Shown here: piece by piece, positions 28,854-38,215 of the stretch
How the letters are laid out: every line of letters starts with the position of its first letter
Position numbering within the stretch: position 1 is the first letter of the stretch
NCBI GenBank assembly: GCA_965203055.1
Contig: OZ241863.1
Coordinates: 3,264,001-3,328,000 of the forward strand
Direction: 5' to 3'
Origin: Spirochaetia bacterium
GTDB taxonomy: Bacteria > Spirochaetota > Spirochaetia > SZUA-6 > Bin103
DNA: 64,000 nucleotides
Notes under the pieces: generated by a model
The model's input: the letters and a program-made list of their open reading frames with translations, nothing else
Database searches by the model: none
Told to the model about the DNA's origin: nothing
Translations under genes and position numbers: made by a program

Positions 28854-30923
28854 TCAGATGGCGCGCAGGTCGTCGAGGAACTCCGAGGCGGGCTCGACTC
28901 CGGTAACCAGGAGATGATCACGGGCGCGGGTGCACGCCACGTACAGCAGGTGCCGTTCGGTGGCGTAGACGTCTTCCAGGTCGGCGGGGTCGCCGACGTT
29001 CGCCAGTCTCGCCGGCGACGGCAGCACCTCGTCGTCGCAGGCGATGACCGCCGCGGCGCGGAACTCCAGGCCCTTCGCCGCGTGCATGGTGCCCACCGCC
29101 ACCGAGCCTGAGACACCGCCGGCGCGCCGGCGCAGATCGACCGTGGAGAACCCTGCCGCGCGCGCGGCTGCGGCGGCCCGCTCCAGTTCGGCGTTCGATC
29201 TGACGAGCAGGCCGATCTCGTGGGGCGCGTAGCCGGCCTGCTTCCGCTCGGCCAGCCACTCGGCGATGACCGCGCGTTCCTCCTCCGGCGAGCCGAGGAT
29301 GGCGACGACCGGTTCCGCGCCGTTGAACACGGAGACGGTGCCGGCGCGCCGCTCGGCGTTGCCGTCCACGTCCGCGATCTCGCCCGGCAGGAGGCGGTCC
29401 GCCTGCCGCCGGATCTGGTGGGAGGTCCGGTAGTTGACCCGCAGGGTGTGGGAGCGCCCTCGGACGTCGATCCCGAGCGCCCGCCAGGAGAACGGCGTCC
29501 GAAAGATCCGCTGCCCCAGGTCGCCGGCGAAGAACAGGCCGTCCGGGCGCCGGGCGCCGAGGGCGGCCAGCAGCCGCAGCTCGGCCACGCCGAGGTCCTG
29601 CGCCTCGTCGACGACGCAGAACTCGAACGGCGGATGCGCGAGCTGCGCGCACTGCCGCTCCAGTCGGGCGAACAGCCGCGGCTCGGTCAGCAGCCCGCGT
29701 TCGTCGAGCGCAGCCGACACCTGCGCGAAGATCGACCACAGCGCGGCGCGCTGCCGTTCGGAGAGGCGGGTCTTGCGGCCGAGGCGCGGTACGTCCCGAT
29801 ACTGCTCCCAGGTCGCAAGCTGCCAGGCGTCCACCACCTGGTTCCACTCTGTCCGGAGGAAGTGCGCGCTGAACGTGTTCCCTTCGGCCTGGGCCGCGGC
29901 GCGCCGCAGGAACTCTTGCACCTGCTCGTCGGCCGCCAGCTCGGCGCGGCCGCAGTGCGCCCGATAGAGGCGGCGCGCGACGTCGCTCAGCGAGCTGACT
30001 TCGAGGCGCTCGGCGAGCTTCGGCTCGTGGGCGATCAGGCGCGTCAGGCGAGCGCGCAGCGCGTCCGCGAGCGCCGTTGAGAAGGTGGCCAGCAGGACGC
30101 GCGAGCCGGGATGGGCGCGCGCCAGATGGACCGCGCGGTGCAGCGCGGCGATGGTCTTGCCGGTCCCGGCGGACCCCGATACGCGCGCCGGGCCGCGGTA
30201 CTTTCGTTCCACCACCTGCCGTTGCGCCGGATGCAGGAAGACCATCCACTGCTCCCACGGATATTCGAGGGCGCGCCGCAGTTCCTCGTGATTGGCCATT
30301 ACCCGGAAGCGGCGCTGCGCGTCGGGATGGGCGAACGGGTCGGTATCCGCGGCCGCGCGGGCCGGCCGCTCCGGCGTACCGCCGGTGGCCAGCTCCAGCA
30401 GCGCCTCGGCGGCCTCCGCCGGCAGATGAGCGGCCAGCGCCAGCAGCGCATCCTCGCCGGTGACCTGCCGGACGTCGGCCAGCCACTCGGCGGGAACGCC
30501 GTAGTCCAGCAGCCGGTCGTCCGCGATTCCGGAGAAGACCGGCCGCGCCGCCTCCTCCGCAGCCACGTACCGCGGCACCGCGACGTCGCGCACCACTTCG
30601 CGGACTTCGACGAGCTGCGCCGCTCCCGTGTTGGGGTGCCGTTCGATGCGCCGGCGCTCCGCCCAGCGATACGCGGCGTCGTGCTCGCCGACGTAGCAGA
30701 GCAGCAGATCGGCGGCGGTCTTGTGCACGATCATGCGCAGCCCGCGGCTCACCCGCACCGACCAGAAGTTCCGGTCGCGGGCGCCCTCCACCCGGTGGAA
30801 CCGCATCCCCGGCCGCGCGGGGTCGAGCTGCAGGTCGAACGCCGTGGTCTTGGCCGCGCGCTGCTCCTCGCCCGGCAGGCGCGCCAAGCTCTCGGTAAAG
30901 GTATCGGCAATGCGGAATTGCAT
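28854..30923 (-). CDS. UvrD-like SF1 helicase with N-terminal RelE-like domain
   Basis: GSAGTGKT, VVDEAQD, GDLGQRIF, NYRT, TMHAAKGLEF, LLYVACTRA; N-terminal FWSVRVSRGLRMIVH..LLLCYVGEHDAAY. Confidence 0.85.
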   Translation of the reverse strand: MQFRIADTFTESLARLPGEEQRAAKTTAFDLQLDPARPGMRFHRVEGARDRNFWSVRVSRGLRMIVHKTAADLLLCYVGEHDAAYRWAERRRIERHPNTGAAQLVEVREVVRDVAVPRYVAAEEAARPVFSGIADDRLLDYGVPAEWLADVRQVTGEDALLALAAHLPAEAAEALLELATGGTPERPARAAADTDPFAHPDAQRRFRVMANHEELRRALEYPWEQWMVFLHPAQRQVVERKYRGPARVSGSAGTGKTIAALHRAVHLARAHPGSRVLLATFSTALADALRARLTRLIAHEPKLAERLEVSSLSDVARRLYRAHCGRAELAADEQVQEFLRRAAAQAEGNTFSAHFLRTEWNQVVDAWQLATWEQYRDVPRLGRKTRLSERQRAALWSIFAQVSAALDERGLLTEPRLFARLERQCAQLAHPPFEFCVVDEAQDLGVAELRLLAALGARRPDGLFFAGDLGQRIFRTPFSWRALGIDVRGRSHTLRVNYRTSHQIRRQADRLLPGEIADVDGNAERRAGTVSVFNGAEPVVAILGSPEEERAVIAEWLAERKQAGYAPHEIGLLVRSNAELERAAAAARAAGFSTVDLRRRAGGVSGSVAVGTMHAAKGLEFRAAAVIACDDEVLPSPARLANVGDPADLEDVYATERHLLYVACTRARDHLLVTGVEPASEFLDDLRAI

Positions 30924-30992
30924 TCGCGCTCCGGTTATACGCTCATCAGTTCGAATTGTTCTGCAGATCGGCGGCGCGACTGCGGCATGAGG

Positions 30993-31562
30993 TCAGCGGT
31001 CACGCCCGACAACGTCGATCAACTGAATGAGACTTGCCCTCTGTTCAGGCGGTACGTGGCGAGAGTAGCGTCGGAACTCCAGACCCGCATTGATCGCGGC
31101 GGTTACCTGGTCGTATCCCTCATGTTCTCCCTGAACCGGCGTACCGTAGTTAATAGCGAACCAGCGACGGACTTCCGACCAGCGCCACAGGCGATAACGT
31201 GTCCGAGGATCGGTTACGGGCGCCGGGAATCCTCCCGGCCCGCGCTCATTCGTGACAAGTAAGCGAACACTCTCGCGAGTACGACGGGTACGTGCGGCGA
31301 TGTCAGCCATGGAAACAAGCCCGCCGCCAGCCAGCCGAATCACTTCGACATCGGGAAGGCGTTCTACGTCCGCGATTGCCGACAGAATAGCCGTCTCCGG
31401 ACTCGGGGCCTTCCGATCGAAATCCAAGTACTGTATTCCGTCGGTACGACCGACAAGTGCATCATCACATCCGTTTTCAAAAAGAACGTCTATGGCCGCA
31501 TCACTTTGCAGATCAGGACCTTCCACTATTAGAGTAAACTGGTAAGAAGACATGTAGTGCAC
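30993..31562 (-). CDS. Putative antitoxin/DNA-binding protein (HicB-like N-terminus, HTH)
   Basis: YQFTLIV...LFENGCDDA...LDFDR; LVSMADIAARTRRTRESVRLL..GPGGFPAP...LWRWSEV; SD GGAGGAG. Confidence 0.6.
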   Translation of the reverse strand: MHYMSSYQFTLIVEGPDLQSDAAIDVLFENGCDDALVGRTDGIQYLDFDRKAPSPETAILSAIADVERLPDVEVIRLAGGGLVSMADIAARTRRTRESVRLLVTNERGPGGFPAPVTDPRTRYRLWRWSEVRRWFAINYGTPVQGEHEGYDQVTAAINAGLEFRRYSRHVPPEQRASLIQLIDVVGRDR

Positions 31563-31836
31563 TGATATGCTCCCTCCTCAGATGGAAATATCTCATCGCC
31601 GTTCTGACCTAAGCGGCAACTCCCACCAGTACAACGGTGTGTGGGCATGCCCCGATGTTGGTCGACGAACAGATGCATGGTGCAAAGATGCCATGCTATG
31701 TTGTTCTATGTCAACACCGCTCACTCACTCATCGGAACCAATGCAGCGCGCTGTGCTCGGAGCACCTGCTCTCACTTGGTGCCGCAGCCATCGTGCACCT
31801 TGGTACCGGCTGGTGCCGTGCGACGGCAGGCACCGG

Positions 31837-32304
31837 TTATACGCTCGTCAGCGCCCGCTCCAGGTTCCTGGCGCGATTGCAGCGTCGCGCCCTGATGGCC
31901 ATCTGCCGGCCGCGGAATTGCACCTTGGCGCGACTCAGCTCATCCAGGTTGATCCGCTTGCCGTGGATCAGAACCGGATAGCAGATCGTGTTGGCAGGAG
32001 CAAAGTGAGCAGCGAAGTCGGCCCCCTTCTGAAGCTGCACCGACACGTGGGATACCTCGGCCCTGCCGCTCTTGAGCTCCAGCGGAACCGTGACCACGTG
32101 ACGTTCGTCAGCAGCCGGATAGAAGACAACGAAATCACATCTGCTCCCTTCCCATCGATGAGCGGGAAACGCCAAGTCCGCGTCAACGATGATCCGTTGA
32201 TCCGGAAGACCGGTGTCGTCGACGCCGCACTCATCCCGGCTCAACGACTGACTGATATTGCGTTCGCCTACCGCCGACCGGATTCCATCGAGAACCTCAT
32301 TCAT
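31837..32304 (-). CDS. Hypothetical protein, PD-(D/E)XK-like nuclease motif
   Basis: RCDFVVF...VPLELKSG...QLQ; ATGA overlap with upstream ATPase. Confidence 0.6.
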   Translation of the reverse strand: MNEVLDGIRSAVGERNISQSLSRDECGVDDTGLPDQRIIVDADLAFPAHRWEGSRCDFVVFYPAADERHVVTVPLELKSGRAEVSHVSVQLQKGADFAAHFAPANTICYPVLIHGKRINLDELSRAKVQFRGRQMAIRARRCNRARNLERALTSV

Positions 32305-33824
32305 GGATCGCTCGACACCTCCAACCTGTTCTGCAGATCGGCAGATCGGTTGTAGAGTTCCTCCGCTACGTCGTAGTATTCGTCTGGTTCCACGCCTTCG
32401 CTGCGGTCGAACGGAATCTCCTGAATGGTTGATCCTTGATCTGTTCCGTCCTGACGAAACAGCCATACTCCTACCTCGTTCGGATGCAGTGCGCTCGGTA
32501 GCGCCGACTCGGAAGGCTGCTTTCCCAATTGCTCCTCAAGTTCCCCTTCCCGTATGAGAATTCCGATCTGCTTCAACAGCCAATCGCTATGAGTGGTGAT
32601 GAGCACCCGGATCCCCGCGCGGACAAGCCCCGCCAACGTCTTTGCGACTTGTGTCTGCGCCGCCGGATGAAGGTGAGCCTCCGGCTCCTCTATGATCAAG
32701 GTATCTCCAACATGGATGACACCGGTGAGAAACAGGACCAAGGGAGCAATCTCCAAGATCATCGACGAAGCTCGCGTCAAGGGAATATCCTGTCTTGTTC
32801 CAAGCGGGCGGTACGCAAAGTTCACGTAGCCTCCCGGCATGGTGCGGATGCCTATCCGTCCTACCAACGTCTCTTGTTGAAGAACGGATGCCAGATCTTG
32901 TAGAATTTCATTATGGGGCGTCCGGTCATCTGCTCTGTACAGAACGATCCTTCGCATGAAGTCTGCAACGACCCCCGAGAGTGTAGGAATACCGGGAATG
33001 CTGTCTGATGTTCCACGGGTGGAGCGAATTATGAGTGAACCTGCAATAACTTGTAGAGTTTGCATGATACCGCTTCGAACCGCCGGCAAGTAATGGATTT
33101 CAGCTGGTCTGATGAGATCCTCGGTAAGAGATACCAGAGTGGCCATTTCTTCTAGAATGGAGTAAACCGATGCTCTCCTGTTCCTTATTAGAAAATTCGA
33201 CAGTCTACTCCGATTTATGTCAGAACTTCGAGATCGACCGATTTCGGGAATCAATACGAAGTCATCGACCTCCCCGGACACAGTACTGCGTTCATCCAAC
33301 AGGCTCATGTTCATATGCCAGAGAATGTTGCCACTACTCGGTACCTGAAGATTGATCTTGATATCGTTCTCGGATGACGATGTACGGACGAGCTCGGACA
33401 GACTGGCCGAGTCGAAACATCGATTAAGTTCAGACTCTAGATCAACACCGGATTCTTCCACGTTGGTCTTCAATGCGCTACGCAGGCCGACGGGCAAGTC
33501 GTGGTACATGAATGGCTCCCGGGTTTCGGTCAGAGTCCTGATAAACTGAGAGTAACTTTCTTCGGACAACGATGATCGATAGTACGGAGATCGAAATCTG
33601 CGAGGGAAAATGGGGAAGGGACGAAGATCACCAAGTACTTTGTGCAGCGCGTATATCAGGATGGACATGTACGTTTTGCCGGTATTGCTAGGACCGACGA
33701 ACACGGTGAGAGGCCGCAGAGCCACCAGTCCATGGGCGATTGGACCGAGATCGCGTACTTCGATCTGAACGTCAGCCCCCGAGCGGTCTTGCTGATGTTC
33801 AACGGTGTTCCTGCGTACGCTCAT
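32301..33824 (-). CDS. ABC-type ATPase (AAA_15/AAA_21 family)
   Basis: LGPI..LTVFVGPSNTGKT, degenerate signature ASSM, LIIEEPEAHLHP, ITTHSD. Confidence 0.88.
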   Translation of the reverse strand: MSVRRNTVEHQQDRSGADVQIEVRDLGPIAHGLVALRPLTVFVGPSNTGKTYMSILIYALHKVLGDLRPFPIFPRRFRSPYYRSSLSEESYSQFIRTLTETREPFMYHDLPVGLRSALKTNVEESGVDLESELNRCFDSASLSELVRTSSSENDIKINLQVPSSGNILWHMNMSLLDERSTVSGEVDDFVLIPEIGRSRSSDINRSRLSNFLIRNRRASVYSILEEMATLVSLTEDLIRPAEIHYLPAVRSGIMQTLQVIAGSLIIRSTRGTSDSIPGIPTLSGVVADFMRRIVLYRADDRTPHNEILQDLASVLQQETLVGRIGIRTMPGGYVNFAYRPLGTRQDIPLTRASSMILEIAPLVLFLTGVIHVGDTLIIEEPEAHLHPAAQTQVAKTLAGLVRAGIRVLITTHSDWLLKQIGILIREGELEEQLGKQPSESALPSALHPNEVGVWLFRQDGTDQGSTIQEIPFDRSEGVEPDEYYDVAEELYNRSADLQNRLEVSSDP

Positions 33825-34603
33825 AGTAGCTTTACCTCAGCTTCAGTCGGAGTTGCGCTATATGGCAACTGGCGCCACGGTCTGCCGTCGATCGTTGCGT
33901 GGTCGCCGCCGCGTTTGTTGCGGACGCCGCCGAGTTGCTTGAGAAAGAAGGGGGTGTCGGTTCGGACCGACTGATCGCGCAGGGCGCGCGCCCATTCGAT
34001 GCGCATCGGCCTCGCGCCGGGGCCGCTCTCACCGCCGGCGATTACCCAGTGGAGCGTCCCGTCCGACAGCCACGGGGTGAGGTCGAGCGGCGCGAGCAGC
34101 GGTTCGGCGGATACGAACCGGACCGGGGCCGGCAGGCGGGCCAGCACGGTCAGTCGCGGAGCGTACTTCTGATTCTCTACGGATGTCCCGATCCAGATGT
34201 TGGCAGGCCATCCGCGCGGGAACCGATCCCGATAGCGGGACCACCAATGGACGGCGCGGCCGGGCCGCTTGGTGAGGACCTGGAAAATATGCCCGCGCCG
34301 CGCCGCAGATTCGACCATCACCGAGAATATATCGGTGAGGAAGTCGAATGGCACGCGCGGATGGAACAGGTCGGACATGCTGTTCACGAATACCAGGCGT
34401 CGGGTCCGCCACGTGAGCGGCGTCTTGAGGCGTTCCGGCAGGATGCGAACGGTATCGGGCGTCGTATCGTAGCCGGCGACCCCCATGGCTCGCAACCGCG
34501 GATACAGGGCATACATGTAGCAGTGATCGCAGCCGGGGGAGATCTTGGTGCACCCGGTCACGGGATTCCAGGTCTCGTCAGTCCACTCTATCGCCGATGC
34601 CAT
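33821..34603 (-). CDS. DUF5131 / phage Gp37-Gp68 family radical-SAM-like protein
   Basis: IEWTDETWNPVTGCTKISPGCDHCY, FVNSMSDLFH, QVLTKRP, WVIAGGESG, FFLKQLGG. Confidence 0.92.
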   Translation of the reverse strand: MASAIEWTDETWNPVTGCTKISPGCDHCYMYALYPRLRAMGVAGYDTTPDTVRILPERLKTPLTWRTRRLVFVNSMSDLFHPRVPFDFLTDIFSVMVESAARRGHIFQVLTKRPGRAVHWWSRYRDRFPRGWPANIWIGTSVENQKYAPRLTVLARLPAPVRFVSAEPLLAPLDLTPWLSDGTLHWVIAGGESGPGARPMRIEWARALRDQSVRTDTPFFLKQLGGVRNKRGGDHATIDGRPWRQLPYSATPTEAEVKLL

Positions 34604-34675
34604 GAATCCTCACATGTTTGCACAAGTATACCAGCATCCGGTGCAGGAACACGCGGGTAATGTCCGAAATACCCA

Positions 34676-37180
34676 TCAGCGTCCCACCGCCACCGGGGCT
34701 TGGATTTTGTTGGCAACCGCGGTGTAGAGATCGACGTCGACTTCAGGTGCCGTGATGCTGACGACCAAGGCGTAACGAGCGGCACGCTCGTCGCGTTTGA
34801 GCCCGGGGCGCGATTTCCACCAACCCAGTGTCGGATAGACGGCCATGACTGCGCGGCTCGCCAGCTCGGCGGCGCTCCCGCGCCAGATGTCGCTATGCAG
34901 GGAGCCTCGATGGCGAGACTGTTTACCGATCGTCCAGTTAGGATCATCGCCGCCCCGAGTCATTCCCGCCTCATCATCGCGTGCCGCAGCGTTGATTCTG
35001 GTTCGAAAATCTTGGATCGATTCAGCGGGACGCTTGACATCGAATCGTAGGCCGTGTGACTCGTATCGATAACGTGAACGGTCGCCCCGTCGCGACGGAT
35101 TGGGCTCGATGAAGTATGACAGCGTAACCCGCATCGTGACCGGAGTATCGCCAAGATTTTCCAGAACGTCTTGCGGCCATGGCAAACGATGTACGTGCAT
35201 GTCACGGAGTGTAGCATGCTTTCCGATCTCTCGTTTGAAGGGATGCAGTCTCTCCTGGACTACCATCGTCAATGAGTTTGCGACACTCCAGAGGGCGCGG
35301 TCGAGACTCGGCACGCCGAAGCCGCATCGCTGCACGAGTCTACGGTAATCGGCCTTGGATGGTACCTTCCTCACTGGAAGAAAGGAGCGCTTCATGGCGT
35401 CGGTCCACTCCGCGGACTGAACGATCAGAGCGCGAATCGTTTCAGGCCAGAGGTCGGGGTAGGCAGCCATCACTTGCGCTGCCAACCGCGAAGCAAGAGC
35501 GGTTGCGGCGCTGGTGGCGTTGGCGGTGGTGAACATTCGTTCGTTCAGTCGATGATGGGTGGTCAACAGGCTAAGGCTGCGCATCCACACTGCGCTGAAG
35601 GCGTCCTTCGCGGCGTTGCCGCCTTCAAGTACCACGTCAGGCTTCAGCGGCCACCGCCGTTCCCACGTCAAAGAGGTTGTGCTGAACGGGCTCAGACCGC
35701 CTCTCGGGGCGACCGGATAGTAGCCGTCAGCATCGTCCTCGGTGATTTGCACAAGGTTGGTGTACGCCCCGACGGTGAGTACGTTCCATGCCTGAGCAGG
35801 GTCATGCACTCCTTCGATCTCGTTACCCTCCGGATAGTCCGACCATACGGCATTATCACTATTACCCGCGGACACGACCAGCAGGCGCGGATTGGCACCG
35901 TGTCCGGCGCTGGCGGCGGCCAGCGAATCGAGCGTGGCCGACCACGCCGATGGCCTGCCGCGGTCGCGGTTGTCGCGGGCCGTGACCGCCATTGAGAACA
36001 CCCGTGATCTGTGCAGTGCGGTGACCTCCGGCCTGGCCACGGCTTGCTCGGTGAGGTATCCGTGGTGTCGCGGGTTACCGCCATTGGTGCTCGTCCGCAA
36101 GAGTTTGACCGATTCCAGGCGGTGTTCGATATTCACGTTGTCACGTCCGCTGAGGAGATCAGTCAGATCGCCGAAGATAGCCAAACCCGCCATCGACGTA
36201 CCATGTCCATCGTCGTCTCCAACCAGCCACGCGGGTTCCACGGTATGGAGATCGGCGGTGTCAAGCGCATTTTTCAGCAAAGGATGGTCGCGCGTCACTC
36301 CTGTATCGAGTACACATACGTACGTCACCTCATCCGCATTGTTGACGAAAGATGTCCTCCCGCGTAAATCTTTGAGCCACTCATGCTGTTCAACGGGCTC
36401 TATAGAGTCGAAGAACTTGGCCGTCTCCTTGGGGCGCCGTAACTCCGCGATGCTGTTGAGCGTGAGCATGGAGCGCTGCATCTGTTCGACAGATGCGGAG
36501 ACAAGCAGTACCGTCCGCTCCGGGAAGTCTACGGTACCGGGCGCCACGCGCATTCCCTGTGCTGCCACGAGTGTGCGGAACGCGTCGACGGTTTCGCCTC
36601 TGTTCTGCCTGACCGGCAACCACACCTCCCACCACCAGATGGCGCCGTCGCCGACGGTTGGCAGAACGGCTCCGTCGTCAGTCCAAAGTGCTCGAAGGCT
36701 GGCCGCACGGATCTCTCGAATCGCATTGAGCAAGCGCTTGTTGTCGCGAGCCCGTCCTATGCTGTCTCGCTTTTCCGCCAAGTAGTCATTGATGAGATTC
36801 TCGAAGTGAACGAGCTTACCGTCAGGTACGAACACCGTGGCGCGGGTCCGACCGGCGTTGGAACGGACATTCAGCAGTTCGATCCCCGAACGCTCGCGCG
36901 CCAGGCTCTCGAACGCAAGCTCTATACCAGGAAAGCTCTCGAACTCGACTAGGAGCCCCAACCCTTCGTCCAATCCGGCTTGCTGTTGCGCGTTGCGTGC
37001 GGCTTCCGCTTGCGGACGGAGTGCGTCGAGCTGCCGCTGCAAAGCCGCCCCGTGCCTCTGACGATTCCACTCCGGTATCCAAGGCCGCTTGCCTCCCTGC
37101 CGCGGGGAACGGTATGACTCCACTTCGGTAACGCCGTCGAGGATGAAATGCCGATGCTGTTCTTCGGTCCCGTTCGCCAT
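34676..37180 (-). CDS. S8 family serine peptidase (IetS-like)
   Basis: VLDTG, GHGTSMAG, SAGN, KPDVVLEGGN, ATSAA; immediately downstream of AAA ATPase. Confidence 0.88.
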   Translation of the reverse strand: MANGTEEQHRHFILDGVTEVESYRSPRQGGKRPWIPEWNRQRHGAALQRQLDALRPQAEAARNAQQQAGLDEGLGLLVEFESFPGIELAFESLARERSGIELLNVRSNAGRTRATVFVPDGKLVHFENLINDYLAEKRDSIGRARDNKRLLNAIREIRAASLRALWTDDGAVLPTVGDGAIWWWEVWLPVRQNRGETVDAFRTLVAAQGMRVAPGTVDFPERTVLLVSASVEQMQRSMLTLNSIAELRRPKETAKFFDSIEPVEQHEWLKDLRGRTSFVNNADEVTYVCVLDTGVTRDHPLLKNALDTADLHTVEPAWLVGDDDGHGTSMAGLAIFGDLTDLLSGRDNVNIEHRLESVKLLRTSTNGGNPRHHGYLTEQAVARPEVTALHRSRVFSMAVTARDNRDRGRPSAWSATLDSLAAASAGHGANPRLLVVSAGNSDNAVWSDYPEGNEIEGVHDPAQAWNVLTVGAYTNLVQITEDDADGYYPVAPRGGLSPFSTTSLTWERRWPLKPDVVLEGGNAAKDAFSAVWMRSLSLLTTHHRLNERMFTTANATSAATALASRLAAQVMAAYPDLWPETIRALIVQSAEWTDAMKRSFLPVRKVPSKADYRRLVQRCGFGVPSLDRALWSVANSLTMVVQERLHPFKREIGKHATLRDMHVHRLPWPQDVLENLGDTPVTMRVTLSYFIEPNPSRRGDRSRYRYESHGLRFDVKRPAESIQDFRTRINAAARDDEAGMTRGGDDPNWTIGKQSRHRGSLHSDIWRGSAAELASRAVMAVYPTLGWWKSRPGLKRDERAARYALVVSITAPEVDVDLYTAVANKIQAPVAVGR

Positions 37181-37183
37181 GCG

Positions 37184-38185
37184 CTAGGCCTTCGTAGTCA
37201 GTTGGGCGGCGATGGTTCGGCGTTCGTCGAGCATCGCGTTGATCTTGGCTTCGCAAACCCGTCCGGTTGGGGTGTTGAGCAGCGCATCCTTCAAGGCTTC
37301 GTCCGCGGCGCGGGCGATGTCGGCGTGGCTCAGGCCGACCGCCGCCGAGGCGAGGCGTCCCCATGCCAGTCGCTTGACGGCGGTCCGCGCCAACCGCATC
37401 TTCAACAGCTTGGCGATCTGCGCCGCGTCGGGGAGCTCGTAGTACAGCACGTCGTCGAAGCGCCGGAACAGGGCGGGATCGAGGATGTCGGAATGATTGG
37501 TGGCCGCCACGACCATGCTGTGCGAGCGTTCCTGCTCGATCATCTGCAGGAAGCTGTTCAGCACCCGGCGGATTTCTCCTACGTCGTTGGCGAGGCCGCG
37601 TTGCGACCCGATGGCGTCGAACTCATCGAAGAAATAGACCCCCCGCGTGCGGCTCGTCGAGTCGAATATCTGCCTGAGACGGGCCGCGGTCTCTCCCATG
37701 TACTTGGTGATGAGCGAGTCGAGCCGAACCTGGAGCAGGGTCAGCCCCAGCTCGCCGGCCAGCGCCGAAGCGGTCATGGTCTTGCCGGTGCCGGACGGTC
37801 CGACCAACAGGAGCTTGCTGCGGGGCGCAAGGCCCTGTTCGATGATCCGGGCGGCGTGACGTTGCTCGCGGATGACTCGCTCGATCTGCTGCGCCACGCC
37901 GTTGCCCAGGACCAGGTCGCCGAGGCGGCACTTCGGGTAGGACGCATCGAGCAATCCGGTGGGCAGGCCGCGAGCGTTCGGCGTCGCCAGAGGCCCGCCG
38001 GCGAGCGCCCGCGCGTCGCGGCCGTTCTTGGCCTGGTCGACCAGCGCGCGCAGTTCCACGGCGAGCTTGCCGTGGCCGACTCTGGCCTCGTGGGCAGCTA
38101 CCTGCAGGGCGACCGACAGGAAGCGCTCCTCATCGCCTTCCAGGTGCGACTTGAGCAGTGCCTTGAGCTGTTCAGCGCTAGCCAT
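37184..38185 (-). CDS. AAA+ ATPase (IetA-like)
   Basis: GPSGTGKT, FFDEFDAIG, AATN..LDPALFRRFD; N-terminal AEQLKALLKSH. Confidence 0.9.
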   Translation of the reverse strand: MASAEQLKALLKSHLEGDEERFLSVALQVAAHEARVGHGKLAVELRALVDQAKNGRDARALAGGPLATPNARGLPTGLLDASYPKCRLGDLVLGNGVAQQIERVIREQRHAARIIEQGLAPRSKLLLVGPSGTGKTMTASALAGELGLTLLQVRLDSLITKYMGETAARLRQIFDSTSRTRGVYFFDEFDAIGSQRGLANDVGEIRRVLNSFLQMIEQERSHSMVVAATNHSDILDPALFRRFDDVLYYELPDAAQIAKLLKMRLARTAVKRLAWGRLASAAVGLSHADIARAADEALKDALLNTPTGRVCEAKINAMLDERRTIAAQLTTKA

Positions 38186-38215
38186 GGGGCGTCGCGGACC
38201 ATCGCACGGGCGGGT

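Noticed and set aside
33821..34603. Prophage suggested by the Gp37/Gp68-like gene
   Set aside because: No capsid, terminase, tail or integrase genes; the context is a defence island
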